Shown: positions 42,270 through 52,322 of the stretch, piece after piece
Layout: each line of letters begins with the position of its first letter
Numbering within the stretch: the stretch's first letter is position 1
Program-made: the position numbers and the translations under genes
Notes under the pieces: generated by a model
What the model was told of the DNA's origin: nothing
The model's database searches: none
The model's input: only the letters and a program-made list of their open reading frames with translations
Source of the DNA: Desulfatiglandales bacterium
Lineage (GTDB): Bacteria; Desulfobacterota; DSM-4660; Desulfatiglandales; Desulfatiglandaceae
Direction: 5' to 3'
DNA length: 64,000 bases
NCBI GenBank assembly: GCA_963666345.1
Contig: OY762721.1
Span: 2,144,001 to 2,208,000, forward strand

Positions 42270-43946
42270 CTATATGCTTTTACCCGGCTGCTTCCAACCG
42301 CTTATAAGGCCCGGAGTAATGCACATCTTAAGTCTGATATTCTGTCCTGCCCGGTAATAGCCGCGGATCATGTTAAAGACCTGCTGCTCTGTTATGGATA
42401 TCTCAAGTGAGTCAGTATCCGCACCTATCTGGACCGCCCGTTTTCGAAGCTCTTTGTCAGCCAGTTTTATTGCGTCGTTGATATCAAATGTTTGATCGAT
42501 CGGTTTTTCCATGTCCACCTCCGGGATGATTACGGTGCCCCGTTCGGTATCGGCCTGAAGTGTAATCACGGAAGTCACCCTCGCTACAGCAGCACCTACG
42601 GCATTGGCAACCCCGAAATGATCTGGTACTCGCGCAGGAAGGCCGAGCGCCCGTCCTATATAAGGGGCAATCTGAGGAGCAGGTCCGCCTATTATGACAA
42701 CGGCGGAAGGCTTGATTTTTTGCTCTTTGAGCAGATCATTGATGGTATAAAGAGGGGCCGAATTGACGCTTTCCGTAAAGGAGGAGGCAGCTTCCGCAAT
42801 TCCGTAGGCCATAGTTTCAAGGATCCTTTCAGATGTAGAGAGAGGATCAAGGCCGAGCGGTCGCCCGAGATTACCCATGGCATTTATCGCAGCTGTGGCA
42901 TTGCCCTTCTTTAAAAGCCCGAGGGAAACCATGGCATCGGTGGGTGTAGGCCCCGGTCCGCCGAAGGCGATCGGTTTTCCTTGCCGGAAAGGCCCGATTG
43001 AGAAAGAGCCGTCCTTTTCCAGGGTTAGTAGACTATCCCCACCTACCCCGATTGAACGTGTCAGCAGGGAACGAATAAGGGTGGGGTAAGTGCCAAGTTT
43101 TATTCCCCGCCTGTCAAACAGCGGTTCTCCGTCAAGTACAAAGGACATGTCAGTTGTTGTTCCACCGATATCAAGCACCAGAGAGGCCCCCCTGCACCCG
43201 TCAAGTGCGATCGCACCCATTACGCTTGCAGCCGGGCCTGACTGGGCGGTCCTGGCCGGGGCGTAGACACTTTTGTTGAGTTCGAAGGTTCCGCCGTCAG
43301 GTTTAAGGAGATATCGATGGGCGTTAAGGGCCTTTTCGTTCAATATATGTGTAAGTGCACCTAAAAATCTCTTGTGTATCGGAAAAAGGGCCGAGTTAAG
43401 ATAGGTGGTGAATATCCTTCGAGGAAAATTCAGGCTTCCGGAGACCTGATGTCCCATTGCGGCATAAGAAAAATCTTTTGACACCATGTCGGCGATTTTA
43501 AGCTCATGGGCGGGGTTGCGAACCGAAAATTTGCATGCGATCCCTAATACATCAATTCCCTGTTCCTTGATCCTTTTCGAGGCATATCTTACAGCGTCCC
43601 GGTCAATCGGTTCCGCTTCAAAACCCTGGTGGTCGAGACACCCGGTGACGACGTTGTAGCATGGACCCACCGAAAAAGACCGCGGGTCGATTCCGGGACC
43701 GCCGGATACTATCATTCCCGCCCGGTGGAGTCTTTTCTGAACAATGGCGTTTGTAGCCATTGTGGTGGAAAAGACCATCCTTTCAATTTGCGCGGGCCCT
43801 GTGTCAAAAAGCGTCCTGTCCAGGGCTTGTCGAAGGGTATCCAGAAGATTATCGCCCGTAGGGGTCTTAGTGGCGGCTACTACCCCGGTCTCATCTACGA
43901 GCACCGTGTCGGTCTGAGTTCCTCCAACATCAAGGCCCAGTATCAT
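42270..43946 (-). CDS. Hydantoinase/oxoprolinase A-type (ATP-binding) protein
   Basis: GLDVGGTQTD, STTMATNA, SGPAAS, DIGGTTTD, TPTDA, ANAVGAA. Confidence 0.88.
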   Translation of the reverse strand: MILGLDVGGTQTDTVLVDETGVVAATKTPTGDNLLDTLRQALDRTLFDTGPAQIERMVFSTTMATNAIVQKRLHRAGMIVSGGPGIDPRSFSVGPCYNVVTGCLDHQGFEAEPIDRDAVRYASKRIKEQGIDVLGIACKFSVRNPAHELKIADMVSKDFSYAAMGHQVSGSLNFPRRIFTTYLNSALFPIHKRFLGALTHILNEKALNAHRYLLKPDGGTFELNKSVYAPARTAQSGPAASVMGAIALDGCRGASLVLDIGGTTTDMSFVLDGEPLFDRRGIKLGTYPTLIRSLLTRSIGVGGDSLLTLEKDGSFSIGPFRQGKPIAFGGPGPTPTDAMVSLGLLKKGNATAAINAMGNLGRPLGLDPLSTSERILETMAYGIAEAASSFTESVNSAPLYTINDLLKEQKIKPSAVVIIGGPAPQIAPYIGRALGLPARVPDHFGVANAVGAAVARVTSVITLQADTERGTVIIPEVDMEKPIDQTFDINDAIKLADKELRKRAVQIGADTDSLEISITEQQVFNMIRGYYRAGQNIRLKMCITPGLISGWKQPGKSI

Positions 43947-44221
43947 TTTTCTAATCCTTAATAGGGTGTGTTTTTGAAAATAGGTCTAACAGCGCTATGC
44001 ATAGCCTATACCATGAAGGCCGGGCTTTGGGCAAAGACATATTTTCGATCATCTCCAAAATGGGTGTTTTATAGTGGATTCCATCCTCATTATGCTGCTT
44101 GTGAGCGCAAAATAGAAAATAGAGATGCCTCGGCCGTTCGTTGGCAATACGCTGCGGCCCCTGGAAACTCATTTCTTCGGATGCGTAGCGACCGGTGATA
44201 AAGTGGGGATCTATTGGCAAA

Positions 44222-44250
44222 TTGACATATGAAATGTTTGTGAATATGAT
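44222..44250 (+). promoter_or_regulatory. Putative sigma70 promoter of acn-icd
   Basis: TTGACA-N17-TATGAT. Confidence 0.6.
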
Positions 44251-44359
44251 CTTTTCCCTATTGCCGGGAAACAATATTTTCAGGGCCAAGGGTATCTTGG
44301 CCCGATAAGAGATTAAGTCTATGAGAGATGCGGCCCCAGGGCTGCAAAAAGGAGGTTTC

Positions 44360-46309
44360 ATGAGTTATTCCGAAAATATAGTGGGACAGATCCTTTGCTC
44401 CCATCTTAAGGAGGGCAGTCTCAATCCGGGAGAGGAAATAGGGATCGCGGTAGATCAGACACTTACCCAGGATGCGACAGGCACCCTCGTATATCTTGAG
44501 GTTATGGCCCTTGATGTTAAAAAAATTCGTACCAGACTGTCAGTGTCATACGCGGATCACAATATACTTCAAACAGGATGTGAAAATGCGGATGATCATC
44601 TTTTTCTGCGTACTGCCGCCGCCAGATTCGGGGCGTTTTTCTCCAAACCGGGAAACGGTATCTGCCATCAGGTGCACCTGGAACGATTCGGGGAGCCCGG
44701 GGGGACACTCTTGGGGGCCGACAGTCACACGCCCACGGCCGGAGGCCTCGGGATGCTGGCAATGGGGGCGGGAGGTATGGATGTGGCCCTTGCCATGGTG
44801 ACAGGGCTCTTTCACATGGCGGTTCCAAAGGTTCTCAAGGTTGAATTGACCGGCAAGCTTCCGCCATGGGTGGGTGCCAAGGATGTTATCCTGGAGGTTT
44901 TGCGTCGTATGTCCGTTAAGGGAGGGCTTGGTTGGGCAATAGAGTACGGGGGGGCCGGGGTGGCCACCCTTAGCGTCCCTGAAAGAGCGACCATAACCAA
45001 TATGGGAGCCGAGCTGGGGGCATGGACCTCTGTGTTTCCGTCAGATGAAAACACGCGTGCCTTTTTAAGGGCACAGGATAGAGAGGATGCATGGGCCCCT
45101 GTTTCAGCAGGCAGCGGGGCATCCTATGACGGTGAGATATGCATTGATCTGTCATCTCTTGAACCCCTCGTCGCCTGCCCTTCCAGCCCTGATGCCGTGG
45201 TTCCTGTAAGGGAGCTTGAAGGCAACCCTGTTGATCAGGTAGCGGTCGGAAGCTGCACCAATTCATCATATGGAGACATGCATATTGTTGCTCAGCTTCT
45301 GAAAGGAAAAACTGTGCCTCCTGATGTAAGCCTGGTAGTATCTCCCGGGTCAAGACAGGTTATGAGCATGCTCGCCAGTGAAGGATCCCTGGCAGATATG
45401 GTGCAGGCGGGGGCCCGTATACTGGAGGTGGCCTGCGGACCATGTATCGGAATGGGCCAGGCACCAAGGTCAGGCGGAGTAAGCCTGCGCACATTCAACA
45501 GGAATTTCCCAGGCCGAAGTGGAACGGCTGACGCCCGGGTCTATCTGGCCGGGCCGCAGGTAGCGGTCGCTACCGCCTTATCCGGCAGGTTTACAGATCC
45601 AAGGACACTCGGGGATGCTCCAGAGGTATCTTTGCCTGAGAGGTATCCGGTTCTGGACAATATGATAATTGCCCCTTCTGAAGATCCTGAAAGTGTTTCC
45701 ATAGAAATGGGTCCTAATATAAAGCCTGTTCCAGTTAAAGAGGCCCTGCCCGATGAAATGGTTCTGGATGTACTTATCAAGACCGGTGATAATATTACAA
45801 CGGATGACATTACTCCGGGCGGTGCCAAGGTACTGCCCCTCAGGTCAAATCTTCCGGCCCTTTCCGAATTTGTATTTTCTCTATATGATCCTGACTTTGT
45901 TTCAAGGGCAAAGGCCTCAAAGGCCGGTGTTATCGTGGGTGGAGAGAATTACGGTCAGGGTTCAAGCCGGGAGCATGCAGCCCTTGCCCCTGCCTATCTG
46001 GGAGTGAACATGGTGCTCGCCCTTTCATTTACAAGGCTTCACAGGGCAAACCTTATCAACTTCGGCCTCCTGCCGGTGGTTATAGGCAAAGAAGACTACG
46101 AAAGGGTTGAACAGGGAGACAGAATCGTCTGTTCGAACTTAAGGGGTTGTGTAAGAGACAGTAACGAGTTGAAGGTAACGATTCCTGGAAAGGATATCGA
46201 GATCATCGGACAGCTGGAACTGTCCACAAGGGAAAGAAGTATCCTGCTGGCAGGAGGAAGGCTTAACCATACAAAGGAAATTTTGAAGGAGCGTGATACA
46301 GATGAATGA
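44360..46309 (+). CDS. acn: Aconitate hydratase
   Basis: [46 protein letters not shown] 44360 follows AGGAGG. Confidence 0.92.
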   Translation: MSYSENIVGQILCSHLKEGSLNPGEEIGIAVDQTLTQDATGTLVYLEVMALDVKKIRTRLSVSYADHNILQTGCENADDHLFLRTAAARFGAFFSKPGNGICHQVHLERFGEPGGTLLGADSHTPTAGGLGMLAMGAGGMDVALAMVTGLFHMAVPKVLKVELTGKLPPWVGAKDVILEVLRRMSVKGGLGWAIEYGGAGVATLSVPERATITNMGAELGAWTSVFPSDENTRAFLRAQDREDAWAPVSAGSGASYDGEICIDLSSLEPLVACPSSPDAVVPVRELEGNPVDQVAVGSCTNSSYGDMHIVAQLLKGKTVPPDVSLVVSPGSRQVMSMLASEGSLADMVQAGARILEVACGPCIGMGQAPRSGGVSLRTFNRNFPGRSGTADARVYLAGPQVAVATALSGRFTDPRTLGDAPEVSLPERYPVLDNMIIAPSEDPESVSIEMGPNIKPVPVKEALPDEMVLDVLIKTGDNITTDDITPGGAKVLPLRSNLPALSEFVFSLYDPDFVSRAKASKAGVIVGGENYGQGSSREHAALAPAYLGVNMVLALSFTRLHRANLINFGLLPVVIGKEDYERVEQGDRIVCSNLRGCVRDSNELKVTIPGKDIEIIGQLELSTRERSILLAGGRLNHTKEILKERDTDE

Positions 46310-47573
46310 GCCGCAAAAAGAGAGAAATTCGACCGGTCATGGCATCTCCTGGGGTGAAAAGGGAGAGCCGATCGTCCCTTCAGATCCGGTCATCCCTTTT
46401 ATTGAGGGCGACGGCATCGGTCCTGATATCTGGTATGCTGCAAGGATGGTGCTCGACTCAGCGGTAAAGGTCGGTTATCAGGGAGTTAGAAAAATAGAAT
46501 GGATTGAGGTTTTTGCTGGTGAAAAGGCCCAGCAGATCTACGGACAGGACAATCCGCTTCCAAAGGAAACCCTGGATGCAATCTCTCGATTCGGCGTGGC
46601 AATAAAAGGGCCTCTCACGACTCCGGTGGGAGGCGGATTCAGATCGCTAAATGTTGCCCTGAGGCAGGCCCTGGATCTGTACGCCTGTGTCCGTCCGGTA
46701 AAATACTATAAGGGGGTGCCTGCACCTGTGAGCCATCCTGAGAGGGTCGATGTCGTCATATACAGGGAAAACACTGAAGATGTCTATGCCGGAATAGAAT
46801 GGCGGGGTGGAAGCTCCGGGGCCCTCGAGGTGCTCAAGGTGGTAAACCGTCTGCTCGGGGCAGAGGGTAAGACCGCTGTTTCCTCCGACAGTGCCATAGG
46901 AATAAAGCCTATGAGCGAAGTCAACACCAGGAGGCTTGTGCGAAGGGCAATAAGGTGCGCCCTTGAACAGAACAGGGAAAGCGTTACTCTTGTGCACAAG
47001 GGTAATATCATGAAATACACTGAAGGGGCATTCAGGGACTGGGGCTATAAGGTCGCAAAAGAGGAATTCAGAGACTTGACGATTTCAGAAAAAGACCTTT
47101 TTGAAAGGTACGATGGTAAAAGACCTGATGGTATTGTTGTGATCAAGGACCGCATAGCAGATGCCATGTTCCAGCAACTACTGCTTCGACCTGAAGAATA
47201 TGACGTTATCGCAGCCCCTAATCTCAACGGCGATTATCTCTCGGATGCGGCTGCCGCCCAAGTGGGAGGGCTCGGCATGGCTCCCGGGGCGAACATCGGA
47301 GACCGTTGCGCCCTTTTTGAGGCAACCCACGGCACCGCTCCAAAATATGCGGGCATGGACAAGGTGAATCCTGGTTCCCTCATCCTTTCCGGTGTTGAGA
47401 TGCTTCGTTTTATGGGTTGGAAAGATGCCGCGGATCTGATCGTGTCGGCCATGACCGAGACTATCGCCCAGGGTATTGTCACATACGATCTTGCCAGACA
47501 GTTAAAAGGGAGCCGGGAGGTAAAATGCTCTCGGTTTGCCTCGGCGATCTGTGAGAATATGGGGAAAAAATAG
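46302..47573 (+). CDS. icd: Isocitrate dehydrogenase (homodimeric type)
   Basis: [55 protein letters not shown]. Confidence 0.95.
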   Translation: MNEPQKERNSTGHGISWGEKGEPIVPSDPVIPFIEGDGIGPDIWYAARMVLDSAVKVGYQGVRKIEWIEVFAGEKAQQIYGQDNPLPKETLDAISRFGVAIKGPLTTPVGGGFRSLNVALRQALDLYACVRPVKYYKGVPAPVSHPERVDVVIYRENTEDVYAGIEWRGGSSGALEVLKVVNRLLGAEGKTAVSSDSAIGIKPMSEVNTRRLVRRAIRCALEQNRESVTLVHKGNIMKYTEGAFRDWGYKVAKEEFRDLTISEKDLFERYDGKRPDGIVVIKDRIADAMFQQLLLRPEEYDVIAAPNLNGDYLSDAAAAQVGGLGMAPGANIGDRCALFEATHGTAPKYAGMDKVNPGSLILSGVEMLRFMGWKDAADLIVSAMTETIAQGIVTYDLARQLKGSREVKCSRFASAICENMGKK

Positions 47574-47609
47574 GTTCAGGCGCAAGATTTTTTTACGGTT
47601 ACGCCGGAC

Positions 47610-48971
47610 CTATCTGGTCCATTCAAAATCGCGCTCCATCGGGCCAAGGAATTCGGATTCGAAGGTTTCCGATTCCTTTGGTGCCAGTCTTTGGCTCCTG
47701 GGCACGTAATCCCTTTTCTTGAGCCCTATGTATAGCTGCCTCGGTCGATTAAGCTTTGATTCCTCTTCATCGAGGCTTTCTTTCCACTGGCTTATCCATC
47801 CGGGAAGCCGCCCTATGGCAAACATGACGGGAAACATGTTGACAGGTATGCCCATGGCGCTTAATACGATTCCGCTGTAAAAGTCGACATTTGGATAAAG
47901 GCTGTGTTCCTTGAAATATGGGTCGTTCAATGCCGTTTCTTCAAGCCTCTGGGCTATCTCAAGGAGCGGGTCGTGGCGTTTGAGCTTTCTGAGTACCTTG
48001 CCGCACATCTCTTTCATGATTCGCGCCCTGGGATCATAGTTTTTGTAGACCCTGTGCCCGAAACCCATAAGCCGAAATGGATCGGTTTTGTCCTTGGCTC
48101 TTTTGATGTACGGGGCCGGGTCGCCTCCATTTGCGTGAATCTCCGTGAGCATTTCAATCACCGCCTGGTTGGCTCCTCCGTGAAGAGGTCCCCATAAGGC
48201 GCAGATGCCTGCTGAAATGGCTGCGTAGAGGTTTACCCTTGCACTTCCGACTACTCTAACCGCTGCAGTGGAGCAGTTCTGCTCATGCTCGGCGTGAAGT
48301 ATCCAGAAGACGTTAAGGGCCCTTATCATGTCATCGTCAAGCTCGTAAGGCCTGACAGGAGAATCAAACATCATGTTCAGAAAATTGGCGCAGTAGCTGA
48401 GGTCATGTCTGGGATATACAACCTTGTGACCCCTGGAGATCTTGTAGGACATGGCAGCCATGGTTCTGAGTTTGGAAAGAAGCCTTGCAAAGGTTATCCT
48501 TATCTCCTCGTCATGATTCCTCTCTCTCAGTTCGGGGTAAAATGCCCTGAGCGCATTTACCATTGATGAGAGTATCCCCATGGGGTGCGCCCTTCTGGGA
48601 AAACTCTCGAAAAACTCTCTCATATCCTCATGTACGAGAGAGTGGTCGTTCAAAAGGGATGAAAAGGCCCTCAAGGCAGGTATGGAAGGCAGCTCTCCTG
48701 TTATAAGAAGATATGATGTCTCGACAAAACTTGATTTATCGGCCAGCTGCTCAACCGGAATTCCTCTGTATCTCAGTATGCCTTTTTCACCATCAAGGAA
48801 AGTTATGCTGCTTCTGCAGCTGCCGGTGTTTGCAAATCCCGGGTCAAGGGTGATGAGGCCGGTCTTTTTACGAAGGCAACTTATGTCTATGGCCTTCTCA
48901 CCTTCGGAACCGGTGATTATGGGCAGTTCATAGGTTTTTCCTTCAATGGTCAGTTTTGCGATTTTTTCCAT
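47610..48971 (-). CDS. gltA: Citrate synthase (Si-type)
   Basis: LRYRG, HEQN.ST, GPLHGGAN, MGFGHRVY, YPNVDFYSG. Confidence 0.95.
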   Translation of the reverse strand: MEKIAKLTIEGKTYELPIITGSEGEKAIDISCLRKKTGLITLDPGFANTGSCRSSITFLDGEKGILRYRGIPVEQLADKSSFVETSYLLITGELPSIPALRAFSSLLNDHSLVHEDMREFFESFPRRAHPMGILSSMVNALRAFYPELRERNHDEEIRITFARLLSKLRTMAAMSYKISRGHKVVYPRHDLSYCANFLNMMFDSPVRPYELDDDMIRALNVFWILHAEHEQNCSTAAVRVVGSARVNLYAAISAGICALWGPLHGGANQAVIEMLTEIHANGGDPAPYIKRAKDKTDPFRLMGFGHRVYKNYDPRARIMKEMCGKVLRKLKRHDPLLEIAQRLEETALNDPYFKEHSLYPNVDFYSGIVLSAMGIPVNMFPVMFAIGRLPGWISQWKESLDEEESKLNRPRQLYIGLKKRDYVPRSQRLAPKESETFESEFLGPMERDFEWTR

Positions 48972-49228
48972 CCCTTTTCACCTCTTATTATCAAATAAAC
49001 CTCATATTATATCAGATATTTTTCTTTTCGCCCAGCAAAAAGTCAAGAAGCGGGCTTTATCGGAATGTCAGGATGGATGCCGGTATTGAGGGATAAATAA
49101 AATCCAAGGTCATGGTTGATTGCACCTGAATTAGGTTGTGAATTCGGGTGATTAAAGAATGTTTGATTTTATCAAAAAAATTTGATATTAATAAAATGTG
49201 TGCAGGATATTATCATGGAGGGAATATA

Positions 49229-49831
49229 ATGCACCAGGGCATGGACATCCACAGTGAGGTCAAAGCCCTTGATCTGGGAAGCCGGATAAGGCGGCTCAGA
49301 TTGAAAAAGGGCTTGACCCTAAAAGAGGTATCATTTCTGACGGGACTTTCAACACCACTCCTTTCTCAGGTAGAGAACAATATCGCTTCACCACCCATTG
49401 CAACACTCTTAAAGATATCAAAGGCCCTGGAGGTAACCATAGGCTATTTTTTTCAGGAATGGGGATCTGCTGACAGGATAGTGCTGGTGCGAAGGGAAGA
49501 CCGCAATGAAACCATGCTCAGGATTCACGAAGAGGCCTCAGTCGTGGGTTATAGGTATGAATCTCTGGCGTATCCCAGACCGGATAAGCACATGGAGCCG
49601 TTTGTAGTGGAGGTTGAGCCAAGAGAAGAAAATGACATGGTATTTTATAATCACAGGGGAGAAGAGTTTCTCTTTGTCCTTGACGGTGAAATGGAGTTCA
49701 GGGGATCGGACAAGGTTTTAGTGCTTGGCAAGGGAGACAGCCTCTATTTTGATTCCCATATACCTCATGCCTTGAGAGGGCTTAAGGGAAAAAAGGCCAG
49801 TGTGCTGTCTGTTATCTATGGCCCCGGGTAA
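49229..49831 (+). CDS. XRE-family HTH regulator with cupin sensor domain
   Basis: LG.RIR.LR..LSQVEN..PPIATL HTH; H.GEEF..V..G and GDSLYFDS..PH cupin. ATG 49229 follows GGAGG. Confidence 0.9.
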   Translation: MHQGMDIHSEVKALDLGSRIRRLRLKKGLTLKEVSFLTGLSTPLLSQVENNIASPPIATLLKISKALEVTIGYFFQEWGSADRIVLVRREDRNETMLRIHEEASVVGYRYESLAYPRPDKHMEPFVVEVEPREENDMVFYNHRGEEFLFVLDGEMEFRGSDKVLVLGKGDSLYFDSHIPHALRGLKGKKASVLSVIYGPG

Positions 49832-49907
49832 AGGCTTTTTTTTAAATGCAGAGGTAAGGGATTTTTGCTCAAGCCGGTGTGCCGAAAAGCGATAGAGGAG
49901 TGCTTTT

Positions 49908-50465
49908 ATGGAAGAAATCCGATTTCATGGAAGAGGTGGGCAGGGAGCCGTGATAGGTTCGGAAGTCCTGGCCCATGCATTTTTTCTAGAAGGAAAATAT
50001 GTTCAGGCATTTCCGGCCTTTGGGGTAGAAAGACGCGGCGCCCCGGTCACGGCCTTCTGTCGAACTGATGAGGCCCATATCAATTTGCGTAACCAGATAT
50101 ATGAGCCTGATCATATAATCGTGCTTGATTCTAAACTTCTTGTGACGGCAGGAGTTACTCAGGGGCTTAAGAACGGTGGAGCCGTAATCGTAAACGGCAA
50201 AAAGGGCGCGGAATTTTACAGAGACATCGTAGGGAAAAGTTACGGACTCTATGTCGTGGATGCGGCCTCGATTGCGGTTGAGCACGGTCTTGGATCACCG
50301 CAGAACCCTATTGTGAACACTGCAATACTCGGGGCGTTTTCAAGGGCTACAGGTCTTGTTTTAATAGAATCGGTCGAAGAGGCGATAAAAGAGTGTGTCC
50401 TTGTGAAGAGGGGGAAAAATATACTGGCAGCACGTGCTGCGTTTGAAAGGGTTGTAAAGGGATAA
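49908..50465 (+). CDS. 2-oxoacid:acceptor oxidoreductase gamma subunit
   Basis: [25 protein letters not shown]. Confidence 0.92.
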   Translation: MEEIRFHGRGGQGAVIGSEVLAHAFFLEGKYVQAFPAFGVERRGAPVTAFCRTDEAHINLRNQIYEPDHIIVLDSKLLVTAGVTQGLKNGGAVIVNGKKGAEFYRDIVGKSYGLYVVDAASIAVEHGLGSPQNPIVNTAILGAFSRATGLVLIESVEEAIKECVLVKRGKNILAARAAFERVVKG

Positions 50466-50495
50466 GTCTTTCTTCACCTAAAGGGGATAGGATAG

Positions 50496-52322
50496 ATGAA
50501 GTTACCTAAGCGAAGCTTAATGGCAAGGCAATATGCCTTCAATTCCTGGAAGGACTTCAGCGAACGGAACATTTCCATCGGAACCATGCTGCACAACACC
50601 ACGGGAACCTGGCGGTTCGTAAAGCCGGTATATGAAGACAAGATTCCCGCCTGCCAGAATGCCTGCCCTGCAGGCAATGATATCGAGGGATGGATAAGAC
50701 TTCTTCAGAAAGGAGAAGAGGAAAAGGCGTACTGGCATCTAAGGCGTGAACAGCCTTTTCCGAGCATCCTTGGACGGGTCTGTTTTAAATTCTGTGAAAA
50801 CCGGTGCAATCGAAATATTCTGGATGCCACGGTCGGCATAAAAGAACTGGAGCGCTATGTGGGAGATCTTTTCCCTCAACAGACGCCCTATCCGCATCTG
50901 CCTCCGTACCACGGTAAGAGCATTGCCGTTGTGGGTTCCGGACCCGCGGGTATGAGCGCGGCTTATTATGGAAGGGTATTGGGATTTCATGTTACGATTT
51001 TTGAATCCCTTCCATTTCTCGGAGGGGTCCTGAGGACCGGTATTCCTAATTATCGCCTGCCGAGGGGTATCGTGGACTTGCAATTCCAGGAATTTAAGGA
51101 CATGGGGATAGAACTACGTCCCGAAACGGGAGTGGGAGAAAAGGTCTTCTTAAAACAGCTTTTGAGGGATTATGACTATCTTTTTCTCGCAACCGGGCTT
51201 CACAGGTCTTTTGATTTGAAGGTAAAGGGAGAGGGGTTCGGCCCCGGGATCATTAGCGGCCTGGAAATGCTTGGCAAGATCGCAGGCGGCGAATCACCCG
51301 GCCTTGGAAGGCATGTGGCTGTTATCGGAGGGGGGAATACCGCGATTGATGCGGCAAGAAGTGCCGTACGTCTTGGATGCCATGTTACGGTCATTTACCG
51401 GAGAGGCGAAACAGAGATGCCTGCCCATGCCGAGGAGGTTGAAGAGGCCAGACAAGAAGGGGTTGAATTTAGATTCCTTGCCGCTCCTGAAGGCATTGAT
51501 TGCAGTCGGGACGGAAGAATCTCGGGTCTCAGATGTTCTGAAATGGAACTGGGTGAGCCGGATGAAAGCGGGCGAAGGAGGCCTTTAAGGAAGGAATGCC
51601 CCGGATTTGAACTGAAGGCTGAAACTATCATTAAGGCTGTCGGAGAAGGCCCGGAGTTTGAATATCTCGGAGGGCTGGTCAATCCTGATGAGTTGACGGC
51701 GGGATTGGAAAAAGGCCTGCAGCCGGAGCTGGAGGATGGCGATGCCGGAAAGATCTTCGGCGGGGGAGATATCTCAGGCCCCGATCACACGGTTGTTCAT
51801 GCGGTTGCATCAGGGAAAAGGGGTGCAATCGCAATCGACTGCGACAGAAGGGGTGTGATCCTTGAAGATGTACTTAATCATATCAGAATCGGTAATGGCC
51901 ATGCCTTGAGTTTTTCAAGTTATATGGGATGGAAACCTGTAAACCGGGTCAGGCAGGATCCTCACGCGGTGGTGGATTCGAAACGCATGGTTTACGAGTA
52001 TTTTGAGAAGGCCCCTCAGGTAACTATTGAGTCTTTGGATCCATCCGTAAGAATAACGTCTTTTGAGCCTTACCGGAGTACTTATTCATCGGATGAGGCC
52101 TTTTATGAGGCATCCCGCTGCATGCACTGCGGAAGATGTACGGAGTGCGATAACTGTCTGATCTTCTGCCCGGATATCTCAGTCCTGTGCAGGGATGAAG
52201 GGGAATTCGGATATTACATTGATTATGATTACTGCAAGGGATGCGGGATATGTTTTGCTGAATGCCCGCGAAATGCCATCTCAATGGTGGATGAAGAGGA
52301 AGAAATGGGAGAGGAGGATTAA
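50496..52322 (+). CDS. Delta (PorD-like) subunit with an inserted GltD/NfnB-like FAD/NAD(P)H oxidoreductase
   Basis: TGTWRFVKP, CQNACP, GRVC..CE..C, GSGPAG, GGGNTAID, YRR, then RCMHC..CDNC..CPD and IDYDYCKGCGIC..ECP. Confidence 0.85.
   Translation: MKLPKRSLMARQYAFNSWKDFSERNISIGTMLHNTTGTWRFVKPVYEDKIPACQNACPAGNDIEGWIRLLQKGEEEKAYWHLRREQPFPSILGRVCFKFCENRCNRNILDATVGIKELERYVGDLFPQQTPYPHLPPYHGKSIAVVGSGPAGMSAAYYGRVLGFHVTIFESLPFLGGVLRTGIPNYRLPRGIVDLQFQEFKDMGIELRPETGVGEKVFLKQLLRDYDYLFLATGLHRSFDLKVKGEGFGPGIISGLEMLGKIAGGESPGLGRHVAVIGGGNTAIDAARSAVRLGCHVTVIYRRGETEMPAHAEEVEEARQEGVEFRFLAAPEGIDCSRDGRISGLRCSEMELGEPDESGRRRPLRKECPGFELKAETIIKAVGEGPEFEYLGGLVNPDELTAGLEKGLQPELEDGDAGKIFGGGDISGPDHTVVHAVASGKRGAIAIDCDRRGVILEDVLNHIRIGNGHALSFSSYMGWKPVNRVRQDPHAVVDSKRMVYEYFEKAPQVTIESLDPSVRITSFEPYRSTYSSDEAFYEASRCMHCGRCTECDNCLIFCPDISVLCRDEGEFGYYIDYDYCKGCGICFAECPRNAISMVDEEEEMGEED

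Noticed and set aside
43951..44361. 136-aa minus-strand ORF and upstream extension of acn
   Set aside because: It spans the divergent promoter region, and the AGGAGG SD supports the acn start at 44360.
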